Assembly (NCBI GenBank): GCA_036172245.1
Contig: JAYWIR010000025.1
Coordinates: forward strand, 2,666,001 to 2,730,000
Direction of reading: 5' to 3'
DNA: 64,000 nucleotides
Origin: Raillietiella orientalis
Taxonomy: Eukaryota
Shown: positions 24,751-36,239 of the stretch, piece after piece
How positions within the stretch are numbered: position 1 is the first letter of the stretch
Layout of the letters: every line of letters begins with the position of its first letter
Position numbers and translations under genes: made by a program
The notes under the pieces: generated by a model
Seen by the model: the letters and a program-made list of their open reading frames with translations, nothing else
Told to the model about the DNA's origin: nothing
Database searches by the model: none

Positions 24751-25695
24751 AGTGTTTCGAGTGAGCGGTGGCGTTCGTGAAGAGCGTGTAAGAGGAACGC
24801 GGGACGAGGAGGAGGAGGAGGATGCTCGGATGTGCAAACCAAAGTGAGCTTGAGGAGGGAAACACAAGCCAAATAAACAAATCTATCTGCATTATGTAAT
24901 AAATCGCTCGCATCCTCCAGTGAAAATAAGCACTTGCGGCGTTTACATGACAAGGGAAGTTTTGCAGAATTTCGAAAGTACACTCATACTTGTTGTTCGC
25001 GTGCTTGAAGCTTTCGAATCTTCGAAAGTATGGAAACAAGGCTTCGAAAATGCGTGAGGAGTTCCATGGGAAGATCCGCGGGATATTTGAGCATCTCAGG
25101 CTGGCTTGAGCAAGACGAGGAAATCATCTGAAAGTCACGAGTTTCCATAGCACGTCGTGATTCGTGGCAGAATTTCAGTTACTACGACTTCTCGCTTGAA
25201 CTCTTCGTGCTTTAGTAATTAATGATCCGTTCGTGCTTGTCTACTATTTTCCCGCCGGTTCCAGATCTTTCGCTTATTAATCCGAACTGAGCAAAGATCG
25301 AGCGCAACTGCAGCTTCCGGAATCACCAGGACGACCTGTGCAGCTACCAGCGAAAGAACTCTGCCAGGAACTGTCCACCGTTTTGTTCACGTCCACGCGG
25401 TGGGCGTACGACCTCCACCCGATATTCCGATTCGAAGTTTCCCCTAAGCACTTTCTGGTGGGTAAATAAGAGAGTGGGATAGTTTCCGGTTAAATACTCC
25501 GAAGCTTTTGCCCTTGATCAGCCATCCCGAGCTTCGCTTCATTTCATGTGCCTCGATGTGACCGACCGGCGTGACGTCACTCAATTTGCGTGATGAACTG
25601 TGCTCTTGGAGTATCACTTTTCATTTTAAAAAAAACACACATATTAATAGTATCGATATATGTTTTTTTTTTGTATTTATGTGTTTTATTGATAT

Positions 25696-25826
25696 GGCTC
25701 TTCCGCGGAATGTGGTAATTGCGCTCCTCCCAAGAGCGTAATTTCGCCGCAATCAACGCTGCTCGGGAGCGAAAAAAAAAAAAAAATTTTTTAACCAACC
25801 TCCACCCCCCTTCCAAAAAGGACCGA
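25696..25826 (+). repeat. Direct repeat copy 1 (67-bp core plus A/T-run tail)
   Basis: Core 25701-25767 matches 27512-27578 at 62/67 positions; the tails (poly A/T, C-run, aaa(g)gaccgag) are also similar. Confidence 0.9.
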
Positions 25827-25949
25827 GGACACCAGTGCCCTCCAAGAAGCCTCCAGTCGCTACGGGAGCGACAGAGTCAACCTGTAAGCGATTGCAACTA
25901 CGCTCTTGAGTGACCTACCGCTGGACTCTCAGGATAGCCTTCTATCATG

Positions 25950-26310
25950 GAGGAATCCTGAATCAAGGATGAATTACTTCACAGGAAAACGAGAAGACGA
26001 TGATCGCAAAGCATGTGGGAGTGCGGATACAAGACTTCATGTCCTGACCCACGGTACACCAGGATTGGCCGACTCTGAAAAGGGTCATAGGGCTGCAGAA
26101 CGACTCGAAGATGGAAGTCCTGGCAAAGATGTTCCAGGGAAGCGGAAACGTCCCCTACTGCAATCATTGCCCTGTTCATCCTCATAAGATGGTGGAAGCT
26201 GAGGACCGCCAGAACGGCCGTATCTCCCATGGAGATCCAGAAAGGGATTATGCAAAGGGAGATCGGCATAAGGAACTGTGGAAGAGTGCCGGCCTGGATT
26301 TACCGATACA
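25950..26310 (+). mobile_element. Ty3/gypsy integrase zinc-binding (HHCC) fragment
   Basis: HVLTHGTPGL (~LAHEGHPGI), VPYCNHC (~VxxCxxC), ELWKSAGLDL (~PWExVGxDL) in order. Confidence 0.45.
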
Positions 26311-26559
26311 TCCCGAAAAGGATCAAGGATGACGTGCAGGCTCACCCTGCAGCCCACCCTATTGCAGAACCTCAGCGCAGTGACTCCCTGGAAGTGAACT
26401 TCATAGTGAAAACAAACAGTGTTGCTTTTGGAATTGAATGATTGAGACTGTAGTGTGAATGAGAAGGAAATGAACCTACCCCACCCCTCGTGGGATTGGG
26501 GAAAATTAATGACATCGCATATGAGTGGACCTGCCTCCCATCCGAGCAGAAAACGCTTT

Positions 26560-27200
26560 TTCGGTTTCATTCTCCGACATTTCAAAGATCTGTGTATGAA
26601 TTCGTGCACGCGCACGGTGAACTTTATGTCACCACACAGAGAAGAAACTTGTAGTAAGTCTTTCGGACACGGCATGGCAGTCCACGGACAGGAGTACGTT
26701 AGGGAATTAGCACGTACAAAAGAGGGCGGGTTGTTTCCTGTTTCGTCAAGGTTTTGCAGCCAAAAGACGCTGCTGGGCCATGGGCACAGCAACAGGTGCA
26801 GCTCTAAACTGCAATGTTGCAGTCTGTTCGGTAAACAAGAAAGGAAAAAAAACAAACAAAGCAGACATCCGTGAGTCCCGTTAGGATTTAGCAGTCGGAC
26901 CGAAGGAGAAATTATCACCTGTGGCTTCCTGCACTGCGCTCAGGAAAGAACAAACAAACAGTTCCTGTGCGGTGCTGGTCAAAAATCCAGCATTTGGTGG
27001 CAGCTCGGAAAGGGTACGGGGCAGTCTTTCTCCCCCCCACTCTGCGGAAGCACTTCTCTTGAAGGCAGTGCCCGAAATCCATTTGGAAGCAGCAGCGGTA
27101 CAGCAACAACGAGCACGGGTACAAAGACACGCACGCGATTGCTGTACGCCATCAGTCAAGTACAGGAGGGATTCGTCGTCCACGTGAAAGAGTTGATTGG
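26560..27200 (-). mobile_element. pogo/DDE_1-type transposase relic
   Basis: DDESLLYL, STAQELFVCSFL (~AGxDWxxxFL), WLQNLDETGNNPPSFVRA (~IxNLDETG..PxKVxA), LQVSSLCGDIKFTV. Confidence 0.45.
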
Positions 27201-27506
27201 GGTGGGCGGGACTGCTGAGCGGATGGGCACGGAAATGGGCCTCATTGCCCCGCAGCGACACACGGCGAGATGCCGCCGCCCGTGTGTGTGTGTGTGTGTC
27301 CCACGTCAACTCTCATGTTGTGAGGGAGGCTCTTCGCGCGCCAGCGTGGGGGGGGGACTCGCCCGCTCGTCATCCGGGGCGCTCGGTCCGCGGAGGCCAA
27401 AATGGCGTCAACGGGTGGAGGATGTTAAATTGGCGTGCAAGGGGTACACCGGATGCGGCGGCTTTTCTAAATATACCAACAATGGTGTGCTGCGGTTAAG
27501 AAAAAC

Positions 27507-27642
27507 GGCTGTTCCGCGGAATGCGGTAATTGCGCTCCTCCCAGAAGCGTCCTTTCGCCGCAATCAACGCTGCTCGGGGAACCCTGAAAAGATTATTTTT
27601 TCTTTTTAAACGAATCTCCCCCCCCCAAAAAAAAAGACCGAG
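27507..27642 (+). repeat. Direct repeat copy 2
   Basis: See 25696-25826; the copies are 1811 bp apart. Confidence 0.9.
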
Positions 27643-28039
27643 CGAACCTTGCTGCAAACATTGGTTTTCCAGCGGGAATCGCCACACTTCCGGTGCCCTC
27701 CTGCAGGAAGGAAACCCGAGTGCCCTTGGAGCCGCGTGCCAGCGCAGCAGCAGAGAAGACTCGCGCCCAGACCGCAGGAATCCCGTGCAGAGATGCTGAG
27801 AGTGTGTAGGGGTCCTTGAATCCCATCCCGAGACGAAGCAACGGGGCCTATTGGCTGTTTCGCAAACATTTGTCTGCGGGCGAGTGTCACTTGGAGATAG
27901 CAAACACCGTGCGTCAAATCCCGAGGGACGGAAGCAAAAAAAAAACTAATGCTGGCTCGGGATCTCTCCAGCTACGGTCCACTGCGAGCAGCTGAGTGGG
28001 CGCCGCGCATCGTTGGGCTTCCCCGGGAGATGCGTGGAC

Positions 28040-29000
28040 GCTGCGCCTCGCAACGGTGGGAGGGACGCCGTGCTCTTCGTCTCAGCACCTCCAACGTGGA
28101 AGAGCCGATCCACGGCACGAGGATGATTTCCGCTCGACTTCGGTCGTTGCTTGTTCTGGAAGTTTCCGCCGCCGTCGTCGAGGGAAAAGCACGAAACGCA
28201 CAGCTTGAAGCGAAAGCAATCACGGAGGAAACGGCCGGACGCTGGACCATCCTCGAACCGAAATTCTCCATCCCCTGCACTGGGTGGCCAAAAACGTCGG
28301 ATGCAGTTGATGGCACATTCTTCGGCGCTCTCCTCAACGGAATCTCAATTTCGTTCATGAACGAACGCGAAAGCAGGCGATGGCACGGTGCTAGCCGGCG
28401 GCAATCCAAAGCCGGAGACGGTGGAAAATTGCACAACTTTTTGGTGAAAAAACAAAAAAAAACTTTGAAAACACATCACCTAGGACTCTTTCCCTCCCTG
28501 CTCGATACAAAGATGAAGATTCCCGTCCCGTTTACGAAACTCGATAAATCCATAGCTTACTTGGCGTGAAAGTTTGCAAATACATCTTAACACAATCGTG
28601 CATGTTATTTGATGGAGGGAGCACGTCCAAAATTTCAGATGACTGGATTCGAAGAGCACTGCTGCGAATTGCTGCGTTGAAAAATCTTTGGTACTCCTTT
28701 TGGCGAAACCTTTACTTCGCTGCACCACACCGGATGATGTTAGCAAGGTTGCCACGTTCGAAAACTGAAGAATTAACAACAATCCTCGCAAATTACAGAA
28801 AAGGGGGAAATCGTTTCCCATCCGTTTAGCTATATCAGGTCGCAAGCAAGGTATATGGATTCAAACAAATGGCAAAGTTTTTTTTTTTTTTTTTTGAGGG
28901 GGGAGGGGGGTAAGGAACGTACCCACCATTTGCAAATGGGAACGTGCAGCAAAAGCAACAACAAAAACACATAATTTGTTACAACGTCGATGGAACTGGG
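28040..29000 (+). mobile_element. PIF/Harbinger DDE transposase relic
   Basis: Ordered: LVLEVSAAVVE (~IVxEVCxAI), TEETAGRWTILEPKF, GWPKTSDAVDGTF (~GFPxxIGAIDGTH), FDGGSTSKISD (~VDVGxxGRxSD), FSYIRSQAR (~FNYRLSRAR), KATTKTHNLL (~KAxCxLHNFL). Confidence 0.75.
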
Positions 29001-29599
29001 AAAACTCAGGAAACGGATCAGTGAACGAATTCCACCAGCGCATTAATGAAAAAAAATTGAATTTTTCCCATGCAATGTTATTTCCTTTTTGTTTAAGTTC
29101 TATTTTTGAATGGGAACAGTTACTGCTCTCATGTATTTGCTCAAATATGAAAACAAGTTTCTTGAGATAAATGTCACACTCCTTTTTATCTGCAGCTGAT
29201 GATTGCTCGCATCACCTCCGTTGGTTAAATGCTTTCGTTTTTCTTTTTCTTTCGTTTTTTTTATCCATCTCTTCAGTAATTTCATTTAAAGTCGTCTTTT
29301 TATTTTGCACTTTTGCACAATTTTACTCTCTACCTTCCCCAGAGGGACTTCGACTTCAGTAATTGTTTGCCGAAGAAACAGAATCACCGCCGCATGATTT
29401 TTCTTGTCTTTCCTTTTATTTTGCATTTTTGCCTATCTCTAACATAACTATTGTACCGCGAAGCTGGCAAAGATCCCGCTGACACTGATCCACATTTGCG
29501 CATGTAGCCCTCCTGTTTAATACCATTTTCATCTCTAGCAGCTCTTTAGCACGGGAAGTTGGAACCCTGGCGAACACAGTCGTGCAAATCCAATCGAGC

Positions 29600-31530
29600 T
29601 GAGCACTGAATCGGAGAGTCCGCTGGAATTTGCGAAAGAATTCTCCATGAGAAGTGCGCTATGCACCGTCCACTTGAAGTGGCCACGTGTTAAACTGTGT
29701 CCGAAACTTATTTTTGTCCACTCACCGGGCCATGAAGACACACCACATTTGAAATACGACACCCATTTCAGTTAATTTGTGTTCCTGGATGATTATACAG
29801 CCAGAAACACAGAGTAACCACATGAACGGGAAGATACATCCGGAGTGTCTGATACACTGAAATCTCAAGCTGCTGATCCAGGATCTTCGGTTACCATTTT
29901 GTCATGCTGTTATAGAAAATGGATGAATATAGGGGGAAATTTTTGGAAAACTGCTGGGCAGGCGGTCTTGATGATTCTTGCTAAGCTTCAAAGAGAATTT
30001 CGACATCACAACATACGTTTTTCCGAAATCCATCCAAAGGCTTATTCAGCTCTTATGAGAGCATCAGAAGGTGGTGGCTTCAAAAGTCGTTTCGTTTGGA
30101 GATTATTATTCCAGAATGCTCACTGGAATCAGCCGATCCCGTAAGAATGCTAATAGCTATTCCACGGATGATCAATCTCATGAAATTCCAGCGACCTCGA
30201 CCTTCACTATTCAGCAGGAGTCGACTTTCTTGGTGAAGCATTCATGGACGCAGGGTTTTAAAGGTGAAAGGACAGAATCAATAAAAGCTGTGCACGCTCA
30301 CTTGGACAAGTTGGGCGCACAACCCATCTTTGGTCAAACCCGGCAAGAGCAGATCTCTTGCCGACAGTTGCCAAATGCACAGTCGGAACCAGAAGACTTG
30401 CTGCCTGATCCGGAATACAGCGTGAACTCCCCGTGGGTGCTTGAAGAGTGCAAAAGTCGTGTGTTGCGCGTGGTATTTCCGAGCATATCGAAGACCTCGG
30501 TTCCGGCGGAACCATTGCCGCACGGTTCACTCACAGTTCTCTTCGGCAGACGAACCTGAGGGCGCGCGACCGGAGGCTGAACTCCTTTTAGAGGACTAAC
30601 ATGCTCGTCCCACAGGCTTGTTTGAATGCGTTGGTAACGAATGAAGGCCATGACTGGGAAAAGTGGCGCCGTCCTGCGCTCGAACCGAGTACGGAGAATT
30701 ACTTCGAAGCTTTGGTGGACCAATCAACGTGTTGGAAAGCTCGCGGGCGTCGCGAGTGACGTTCGGGTGCTTTCAAAGAATGCATGGGGTTTCGCGCGGC
30801 GTGGCAGATGACTCACCGTGAGCTGCTCAGATGAGTTTCGGGAAACCCTTTCAGAGCTCTCGTCGAACAGGCCTGCCGCGATTTTATCTGCATCGTTCCG
30901 ACGCGTCAAAGCTATGACGGTGTGCAAACAGAATCGCTGTCGTTATCTCTGAAACATCATCAGCATCTTTTTTTCACCCAAAGGCAGAACAATAAGTCAC
31001 AATCGGAGTGCTCCGCGTCATAAGGTCACATGAGATACAGAGAAGGCTTCAAGGCGATGAACGTTCTGGTCTGCAGCGGGCACGGAAAGCAAAGGAAAGC
31101 GAAGCGCTGGACGAAAGTGAAAATTCTTTTTTGCTTCTTGCTGCGTCTTTCTTAACACCCGAACGTGCGGTGGCTTGCACCTTCGTACGAGTTATAGGGG
31201 TGGGGACGAAAAGAAATGGCAGATAAATGAGTGCAAGAAGCCCATTGTGCAAGGAAGCCGACCCAGGGCAATCCAAAGGTGGCTCCCCTCCCCAAAATGC
31301 CGCGAGCGATTGGAAGCTGCGCCGGCTCTGGTTTGGCGAACCACACGCGTCTTAGGTCACGCTTTGGTGCTCTGAGCTCGTCGGGAGAAAGATCCTGCGA
31401 ATCCGAATACTCCCCCATTCCCACTTTCGTCCGCTTGGAGGATTCGAGCCGCAAATCATCCCTTGACAAGAGGCGCTCTTTATCTGCAGCACAGCTCTCA
31501 CAAAGATTAGCTAAGGCAGGAGGACTGCAG
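29600..31530 (+). mobile_element. BEL/Pao LTR-retrotransposon RNase H-integrase relic
   Basis: Ordered: SSVTILSC..FWKTA (~DSTIVLxW..WKTFV), STFLVKHSWTQGF..SIKAVHAHLDKLG (~AExxLVKxxQxxxF..LxPFLDxxG), SFGGPINV (~DYFGPxxV), FRETLSELSSNRPAAILS (~FLxALRRFxxRRGxPxxIxS), ESEALDES..LTP, RWLPSPKCRE (~EYLPxLQxRxKW). Confidence 0.78.
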
Positions 31531-31679
31531 CTGTAAACACTGAAAGCGTTGGTAAAAGCCTCTTCCAGATCGTTGTTGATCTTCCCATTGCAGCTTCCCT
31601 CGTCTCGAGATGCGTTTGGCTTGCACTCGTTGCCCCTTGGCACTCGTTGGGCAGCAGGCAGTCGATCTACCTTTCCTGC

Positions 31680-34300
31680 AGACTCCCTGGTTGCCACAGA
31701 GAGGTTTCTTCCCACAAGAGGAATGCGCGCCTGGGATATATGCCCTTTGCCGGCACGAGGGACGCAGCAGAGCTTTCCGGCGCTCTCTGACGGGGAGAGG
31801 GTTGCGTGTGGGGAGAGGCGGTGTTCCTTCCCTTCCAAGTCCAACCTCGCCATCACCTCCGCCCCGGATCCTCCGCCCTCGCGGATGACCTCGTCAGGAG
31901 CGCGAGAGTCTCACCTGCCCCAGAGTCCCCCCCTCCCCCGACCCGCGTATTTTTAGCACCTCCAAAGAAGCTTCGCCCATTGTCAGGCCGGCGAGCGCGC
32001 GCGCGGGAATCCACCAATCCGATCTTCCCGTTCGCGCGCGCGCGTACCGGAGCCGTTCCCGGGGGAAAGCGGGAAGAAGGGGAAAGCAACCACGCGAAAT
32101 CCTCTCGACTCTCCTCCAGCCGTCCCGGGTTGGAAGCTCCCGTTTTGTTCCGATCCAGAAGTCGCTGGAGCTGAGTGGCTTATCGCTGTCAGGGGAGGAC
32201 AGCAAACAACGCACGCAGAACAAGCAAACAAGGAGGAATCATATTGGCATGCGCGGCCGCCGGAAACAGTCAGGTGCTTCGCGGGGGCGGATTTACCGTC
32301 CGGCACGACTTGGGGCAGTGGCGACTGGCGCCCTGCGACTTTCCGCTGAGCGACGGCCCCCTCGGCCGCCGGCGCTCGCGGTGGCCTCCCTCCTCCACCC
32401 CTTGGAAAAGCGTTCACCTTCTTCCGTCCGCCGATGCTCCGCTCCCGCGCGCGTCCCGGGAAGAACACTCGTCGGCTGGCTGGGAGGGGTGCTCTGTAGC
32501 CGGCGACTGGCATCTCGCATCGATCGTCGCCAGCTACGCCGGGAAGGGCCCGGGCAGAAAGGGAGGGTTGACGACGCAGTAGGGGCGAAGACGGTCCCCC
32601 CCCCCCTTCCTCGCCGAATCAAACCGGCGGCGCAGTCGCTCGTCGGTCCCCCCTCGGGGGCGACGGGCTGCGCGCACAGCCGCGCTCCGCCGCGGGCGCG
32701 CTTCGCTGCTTTCGCGCGCCCCTCGAGGCTTTGTTGCGCCCTGTCCTCTCCACGGGCGCGCCTTGGCGCCTCTCCCGCCCTGCCACGGCAGAGGCGGATC
32801 TCCCCGCGGGCAACCATGGTGCTTCTGTTGCCTGGAAACAGGAGGTCCGCCAGTTGGCCGCCAGCACTTCCGAAGGCTTGGAGATCTTCGTTCACCTTGT
32901 CTCGGGCGACCAGAGCGACTCGTCGGACGACACGAAGGGGAGATGGGGGACAAGGGATGTGCTGCCGCCGCGTGACTTGTGACTACCAGGAAGAGGGGGG
33001 GCACAGCGTTCAGAAGCCCGATACGGCCACTGGCCCCCCGCGGGAAAGCCCGGGGGGCTGGACCTCCACCCGGACCGGGAGCCGTCCGACCCTTGACAGA
33101 ACGTCTGTTGGCCGAAAGCTCGCATTTCCAGGATGAGGATGAGGAGGCGCGGGAGAGGCGAGCACGAAAAGGGCGTCCGTCGTCGTCTGAAAGGGAATCC
33201 CGGAGCTCTGGGCGGGACAGCACCAACGCACTGGCGCGTGAGGTGCAGGGAGAGGTTCGTTGTGCCTCCGCGAGAGGGGAGCAATGACTCCCCTCCTCCC
33301 CCCCCGCACGGAGATGTCGCCACTGCCGAGCTTTCTGCCACGGCAGAGTTCCCATTTTTTCTTCCCCCTTCCTCGTTTGCCGGCGAGATACGAGGAGGGG
33401 CGGGAAGGAAGACGCTCGTCCAAGTGACCCTTCCGGCGGCGAACTCGTGGCGCCGTCGCTCTTCGGAGCCGCCCGGCGGGTGAGACCGGCCGCAGCCGCC
33501 CTCCCGACACGGAGACGCCAACCTGACCCGCCGGATACACTCGTCTTCCCGGCTCGCTCGCCGGGAAGCGGCGAACCACGGCCACGTTATGGGGCAGTCG
33601 GCGTTTCCAGAGGTGGCGACGGCGTCTCCCAGCGCGTGAGGTGGGGAGACGGAGGGTACTCCTCTTATTGGGCCCTCCTCTTTGACCCAAAGGAGAGGGA
33701 GGGTTTTGTCGGCGAAAGCCTCGCCTCCCGCCAAGGCCCCCACCCGTCCTCGGAAACGGGTGGGTGCCACGGGAGGACGGCCGTGGCGCTGGGCTTCCCG
33801 GACGCAGGCGCCTTGCCTTCCGCTGGAGCTTCCTCCTCCTCTGGGGCGGGAAGAGGGCGGCGGCGGAAGTGGGAAAGAGAGAGCGCAACCTGCCGGCCTT
33901 CGCTTTCAGGAGCGCCCTTCCCCCTCCTGCCCCTTGGCGAGAGGATGCGTCAGCTTGTAGGGGGCGGGCACTGCTCCCCCGTGCGCGCCCTTCCTGCGTC
34001 CTTTCGCCGTGTCCTGGAGCCGCCGAAGCAGGAAGGAGACGCGCCCGCTCGCAGATGCGCGCCGCCTTGGGGCAGCTTCCGGTTCCCGCGGGAACGAAGG
34101 TCAGGCTGGAAGTCGCCTGGCGCCTCGACCACATCCTGGCGTCGGCGTTCCAGGGAGCGCGGAACCAGCCCGAAACGCCATCACCAGGAGGGCGCACGCA
34201 AGGAGGAGCTGCTCCCCCGCCGCGCGTCATTCTGCAGCGGCGCGCATCTGGTCCAGCCCTTGAGGAGGACACGTCTCCTCCTCCCGTCGCGTCCCCGCTG
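31680..34300 (+). mobile_element. DIRS-type relic (RT end, RNase H, tyrosine recombinase)
   Basis: SLVATERFLP, PPPTRVFL, GKREEGESNH (~GxWSxxExxxH), RTANNARRTSKQGG (~SDNxTAVAYINKQGG), TVRHDLG (~ARHIPG), PRPRY, HCSPVRAL at ~33969 (~LCPVRAL). Confidence 0.6.
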
Positions 34301-36239
34301 CTCCCCCCATTCGCGCTTTCGAGGGGCCAGCAAGAATGGGACACGTGGAGGGGGGGGACGCGCAGGGCGGAACGGCGATTCCCGGGAGAAGAGGGAAGAA
34401 CGGGAAGACAGGCGACGGGAGAGGACATCTTTCGGGTCGGCTGGCTCGTCCCTCCCTGCCTGCGAGGAGGCGGGTACGGCGGACGGACGACTGCTCGAGT
34501 GACCACCGCCTGCAGGGCTTTTCCGTCCACCTGGACCCTAGGTGGCCGGCGCACCCGTGCGTGCGTGTCCTTCTCCCCCCCCCCCTTACCCTTACGTTTC
34601 GCGCGCGCGCGCGCCTACCCGCCCCGAGACGTTCTGTCCCGCTGGTGCGCTGCGCGCCCTCCTCCGAAGCTGCCGCTGCTCCTCGAAAAGGGCTGGAAGA
34701 AGGGAGCGATGTCTCTCGCCGGATCCAGGGAAGCGTCGCCTCGCAATTAACCGGCGCTCTCGGGCGAAGCTAAAAATAGAACGCGGGCGGCGGGAAGCGC
34801 GCTCGCGGCTGGCGTTTCGTTTCCTTTCTCCCCCTCCACCCCCTCTTCCGGATGCGGAAGTCCCATCATCGGGGACGTGCAGGGAGATGTCCGGGAGAGC
34901 GGGATGCGCTCCTCGCGGGTCGCTTCCTGCCGGCGCCTAACTCGCGTTCGCCGGGGACTCTCCCCCAACTTCTGGGACCCTCCCTACCTCTGGGACCCAG
35001 CGGACGGACGGCGGCGACTGCAGCGCCACGACGGAGATTTCGGAACTAAACCCTGGGGGAGGCTGCTGCGCGGCAGCGCACCTCTCCCCCTCGCTCGGGA
35101 ACCCAGAGCGCTCGTGAGGAGGTCGGCCCGCCCTGCCCGTGGTGCTGCTCGGGGGCCGACGCCAGGATAGCCCGCGTGAAGGAGGTAGGGCGTCTTCAAG
35201 AGGGACGAGGGGTCTCTCGCCCCAGCAGGGTACCCTGCAGCTTCCCCGATCCCTCCTCCTGCCTTTCCCCCCCTTACATGGGCGAGGCCGCTCGGGGGAG
35301 ACCTCAGCTCGGAAGCTCGCGGGGTGGGGACGAGAAGCGGAGGAACTGGACATGGGCCAGCGTTGCCTTTCAGCCCCTGAGCGACCCGAGTGCGCGTGCG
35401 CAGTAGCTCCCAGGGCTTTCGGCAACAGGCCTGGGAATTCGAAAGGGCAGGGAACCGCAGAAGCAGATTCCAGCTCCACCTCATCGTCGCTCCGGAGACG
35501 CGGGCGACATCATCCAGGAAAAAGGAAGCAGCGAGCGATCTCGGGAGCAGCCGAAAGGGTCGCGGCTGTGGCTTCCGGCCATCTAGCCCAGTGAGGGCCT
35601 GGGGGCACCCTGCGCCTCCCCAGCCCTTCCATCCGCAAAGGGCGTCGCTCCTCCCGATTAGACCTCCCACGGACGTCCGAGCAGACGCGACGGCAATGCA
35701 GCTTCTCCGGGCGCACCGGGGAAAAGCCGCATTCGAGGCGATGGCCCTTTCTGGGCTTGGCAGGGTGTGGGCTCGAGGGAAAGACCTTCGAGAGCTCTGC
35801 AGGGAGTCTCGCCCGCTGCGGGGACGGCCGTGGTCGGACAACCGATCGGCTGGTGGCATCATGCCGAGGGCCCTCAGGGAAGGAAAGGGCGCTCGGGTGG
35901 GTCGCCACTTTTCTTCTTTCCGCTTCTGCGTCCCTGGGGAACGGGGAGGTCCTTCCCTGCTCCCGGCCGAGCCGGTGGTCCCCTTGGCCAGCGCCGCCGT
36001 GACCTGCGTTCCCCCTCCGGGGAAGAAGAGGAGGAGTTGCGTGAGGTAGCGGCGCTGCGCTCAGTCCTCGATCTGCGCGGGGCGCCACTCGGGTGGGTGT
36101 CCCTGAGGCGACCCACCGCGAGGAGGAGAGCGGCTGTCGCTCTCCGGGCTCGAGGAGACGACGGGATGAGAACTGGGCGAGGTCAGGGAACGCTCGCGGG
36201 GAGATCCGCCTCCTGACCCTCCCCCACCGCCGTCGCCCC

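Noticed and set aside
25696..27642. LTR pair of a retrotransposon
   Set aside because: Too short, no TG..CA ends, PBS or PPT, and the interior contains unrelated fragments in opposite orientations.
33010..34554. Long ORFs (e.g. 514 aa here, 489 aa at 14399, 482 aa at 52957, 447 aa at 16233) as real genes
   Set aside because: Arg/Gly/Pro/Ala/Ser-rich, overlapping in several frames on both strands and with no coherent domain. This is expected from stop-poor GC-rich DNA, and they often lie antisense to TE relics.
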